A stretch of 25,681 nt of DNA from Nanobdellota archaeon (lineage in GTDB: Archaea > Aenigmatarchaeota > Aenigmatarchaeia > QMZP01): contig JBDRJQ010000038.1 in the NCBI GenBank assembly GCA_043814765.1, positions 1 through 25,681 on the forward strand, read 5' to 3'. The translations under genes were made by a program, and so were the position numbers. Below the pieces are notes generated by a model that saw nothing but the letters and a program-made list of their open reading frames with translations, was not told the DNA's origin and searched no databases. Shown piece by piece: positions 23,054 to 25,681 of the stretch; the stretch's first letter is position 1; each line of letters starts with the position of its first letter.

Positions 23054-25681
23054 TCAACACAACCAAGTACCAGGACATTTATTTGGGAAGCATGACGGTG
23101 CTGTTGCGTATTCGTCTCCAACCATGCATGAATAATATGCGCCTGAAGCTGGTACCTTAGACACCCAACATCCACCACCAATGATTCCCATGCCTGGGGG
23201 GCAATATGTTGCTGATCCACACTCCCTAAATCCTCCTAAGTAAACACCATTAACATAGACACCTCTTAATAGATATGGCGTTACCCAGCAGCTCTCGGAT
23301 ACAGCTGAATATGTGCACTCTAAGTCATTGTCAAAACCGATAGGTAAATAGTTTATTACATTAAATGAGCCACAATTGTTTGCTGAGAAAACTTGTTCTA
23401 TTATATATTGTTGCCGTGCATAATTGAACATATTAAACAAACGCCCCTGTGCAGGGTTGTCCGCTTCAAGTTTTGGAACATAGATATAATACTCATCGTC
23501 TCCTGTTATCTCTATGCCCGAGGCAGCACCAACTGAACTCAGATGCATGAAATCCTTGAAATCTGAATTGACTATCTTATAATATTGTTCTTCTAAACCA
23601 ATTTTGCTTGCTATTTCATCTGGTATAACATCTTTCAGTTCTATCTTTTTTGCAGCCGAGTCTATGCCTGTAACCAAAGAGCTGAAATCTCCTGAACTGA
23701 AGACCAATGTAGATACCTGATTGAATAAGGTTGGATCAATAGACCATGTGCCTTGCGTTTGTATTGCATCAACATATACTACGTTGCTAGCTGGCACGCT
23801 GGTAATCTTTCCTTCAGACAGGGATATTCCTGGAGTTGTACTGAATGAAAACAACTCAACATCATAATTAACACCCTTTGGTATGTCTCTTGTAGTCTTG
23901 AATGTTGTTGGACTTCCCCCTTCACCGGCATTTGTAATTAAAATATCATCATGACCAGCAGCAGTAAGAGTCATGGAAACGACAGCATCCGCAGATGTTA
24001 TTTCTGAAGGGTATCCTCTGCCAAGAGAAATAACATTATCATTAGTTTCACCGTAAAAGATATAATCATATTTGCTACCAAGATCGCTATTTGATACTAT
24101 TTTCTTGTATATGGGAACTTCGTAAAAATGGAAGGTTACTATTGGATTTTGTTTTAATTCAACTATCGCATAATCACCACTAATATCAGGAGAAGTGCAT
24201 AAACCATTGGAATCGTCTGTTTTACGGTCAATTGATATGCAGGTGTTGGATGTTGGTTCTGAATACTCTATATAATCCTGCTTGAAGACATTCAAATCTC
24301 CTGTCAAGACTCCTTCTGGCATGTATCCTTCAACGTATCCGTCTGCATCTGTAACGTATTGATTCGCATCGTATATTAAGCATCCTCCAAAACTGACATA
24401 AGCTCCAATAACACCCTCTCCTGCTTCATCAACGACTTTTATCTTTGCACGCTCAGTTCCTTGGGAGCAATATGTTGATACAGATGATGTGCTGCCGCAT
24501 TCATCTTTGCTTATAGCATTGTTTCCTCCGTCATATGATAATCTGTTAAGCGTGGCAAACTTGAATTTTTTGTTTCTCAAAGAATCATCCAGGCTAACTA
24601 TGACAGGGAAGGTGAAATCATAGTCTGTTGATGACCAAACAGCCGGATCCGGTATTGATGTGCCGATAAGCACAATTATCTTTGGCTTTATAATGATTGT
24701 TGACGGATTAGACTTGAAATTTGACGGAGTTAAAGTGTTTAATGCAAACGTGTCCCCCTCTTTTCCAAGAGAGAAGCTTACAGTAGGGTTGTCTTGATTG
24801 GTTTTGTATGTTTGGAACTGAGGATATGTTAGACCGTTTAAAGACAGTATTGAATAGTCTGGGTTAGTTGTTCCTGGGTTGGGCGGTTTTGCCCATAATC
24901 TTACGTCAGAAAGCGTGTCATGTATAACGTATTCCACTCTGTCCATTAGCATGAAGGGTGGTATTACTATAACCTTTGAAAATGGAACAGGCAACTGAGC
25001 TATATTCACAGGCACAAATTTATCTGTGTCAATATCAATGAATGAATCATCTGGCGTTGTAAGCATCATTGAATATGCAACATATTGTTCAAAATGTCTT
25101 TCATTTTTGTTCTCTACAGCAAAAGCACTCGCAAAATTATACAATTCCTTGAATTTAGAATCAACTGATGCTTTGTATTGCGAGAAAGACTTTCCTTCAA
25201 CAACAGTTTCCCAAACAACACTGGCTTCTATTTTATTGTCCAGTATTCTTACAATGACCTCTGGACTGCCCATGAATTCAACATTATTAAAATTATCTTT
25301 GACTTTGTCAATGTTAGCTGGATTTTTTATATAATTTTTTAATGTCGTTGACATGTCTTGCTCTATTATCTCAATTGGGGTGCTAAAGGCTAAATCATTG
25401 CACGTCTGCCAATACATTACCTTTTCATCTGTGCTGTAATCTATAGCATAATTTTTGTTGATTTCTGAATTAATTTTCTCTGAAGAAACACCGCCTGTAG
25501 AATAAAACTCGTCTAAAACCTCATTCATGCTTACAACTAAGAAACTTTCAAAACTTTCCTTGACGGCTCTCTGTTTTTCATCGAGTAATATGGTTGGCTC
25601 CAGGGGTCCGTTAATGACGCTTTGCCAGACAAGATAACCTGCTGCCACAACAAGAGCAAGCAGAACGACTATTATAATTAT
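23054..25681 (-). CDS. Large N-terminally anchored surface protein (5' end outside the window) with a carboxypeptidase-regulatory-like beta-sandwich and Cys-rich C-terminus
   Basis: The frame stays open past GTG 25648 to the edge and reads IIIIVVLLALVVAAGYLVWQS (TM). KVVDEAGEGVIGAYVS...TDADGY...LNVFKQDY is a prealbumin/CarboxypepD_reg-like pattern. Confidence 0.85.
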   Translation of the reverse strand: MIIIVVLLALVVAAGYLVWQSVINGPLEPTILLDEKQRAVKESFESFLVVSMNEVLDEFYSTGGVSSEKINSEINKNYAIDYSTDEKVMYWQTCNDLAFSTPIEIIEQDMSTTLKNYIKNPANIDKVKDNFNNVEFMGSPEVIVRILDNKIEASVVWETVVEGKSFSQYKASVDSKFKELYNFASAFAVENKNERHFEQYVAYSMMLTTPDDSFIDIDTDKFVPVNIAQLPVPFSKVIVIPPFMLMDRVEYVIHDTLSDVRLWAKPPNPGTTNPDYSILSLNGLTYPQFQTYKTNQDNPTVSFSLGKEGDTFALNTLTPSNFKSNPSTIIIKPKIIVLIGTSIPDPAVWSSTDYDFTFPVIVSLDDSLRNKKFKFATLNRLSYDGGNNAISKDECGSTSSVSTYCSQGTERAKIKVVDEAGEGVIGAYVSFGGCLIYDANQYVTDADGYVEGYMPEGVLTGDLNVFKQDYIEYSEPTSNTCISIDRKTDDSNGLCTSPDISGDYAIVELKQNPIVTFHFYEVPIYKKIVSNSDLGSKYDYIFYGETNDNVISLGRGYPSEITSADAVVSMTLTAAGHDDILITNAGEGGSPTTFKTTRDIPKGVNYDVELFSFSTTPGISLSEGKITSVPASNVVYVDAIQTQGTWSIDPTLFNQVSTLVFSSGDFSSLVTGIDSAAKKIELKDVIPDEIASKIGLEEQYYKIVNSDFKDFMHLSSVGAASGIEITGDDEYYIYVPKLEADNPAQGRLFNMFNYARQQYIIEQVFSANNCGSFNVINYLPIGFDNDLECTYSAVSESCWVTPYLLRGVYVNGVYLGGFRECGSATYCPPGMGIIGGGCWVSKVPASGAYYSCMVGDEYATAPSCFPNKCPGTWLC

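Noticed and set aside
23020..23220. 66-aa ORF bridging the two large surface genes (possible frameshift fusion)
   Set aside because: It is an alternative frame. The 1698-aa gene has its own RBS-like AAGGT, ATG and signal peptide, and I see no slippery site.
539..25334. Numerous 60-130 aa ORFs nested in or antisense to the long genes
   Set aside because: Shadow ORFs of well-supported genes, with no motifs or independent start signals.
1..25681. tRNA, rRNA, inteins, IS elements, integrases, provirus
   Set aside because: Intergenic spaces are at most 150 bp with no cloverleaf seen. Conserved enzymes are of normal length, and no transposase, recombinase or virion motifs were recognised.

Overview
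Compact, AT-rich archaeal chromosome segment. The archaeal call rests on rpoL/Rpo11, aglB, aglH, Hef/XPF and TATA-like boxes about 25-30 nt upstream of ATGs. A DPANN-like lineage is inferred from gene compaction and the style of the membrane and surface proteins; this is not proven. Left to right: the 5' end of a secreted glycoprotein gene; an AT-richer SAM-methyltransferase + GT-C glycosyltransferase pair bracketed by a near-identical 24-bp promoter-like repeat; a co-oriented run of class II HMG-CoA reductase, PMM/PGM, PGI/PMI, rpoL, aglB and aglH; two small membrane proteins; a Hef-type helicase and an XPF/ERCC4 nuclease encoded as separate genes in permuted order around a retropepsin-like protease (with a C-terminal PIP-box-like motif) and pyrG; and about 10 kb of surface-protein genes, including a 1698-aa Cys-rich modular protein with recent mosaic tandem repeats. 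I saw no rRNA, tRNA, CRISPR array, transposase or integrase. The best candidates for undescribed systems are (i) the helicase/PIP-tailed protease/XPF module and (ii) the giant Cys-rich surface locus. Both are hypotheses that need database and structure checks.
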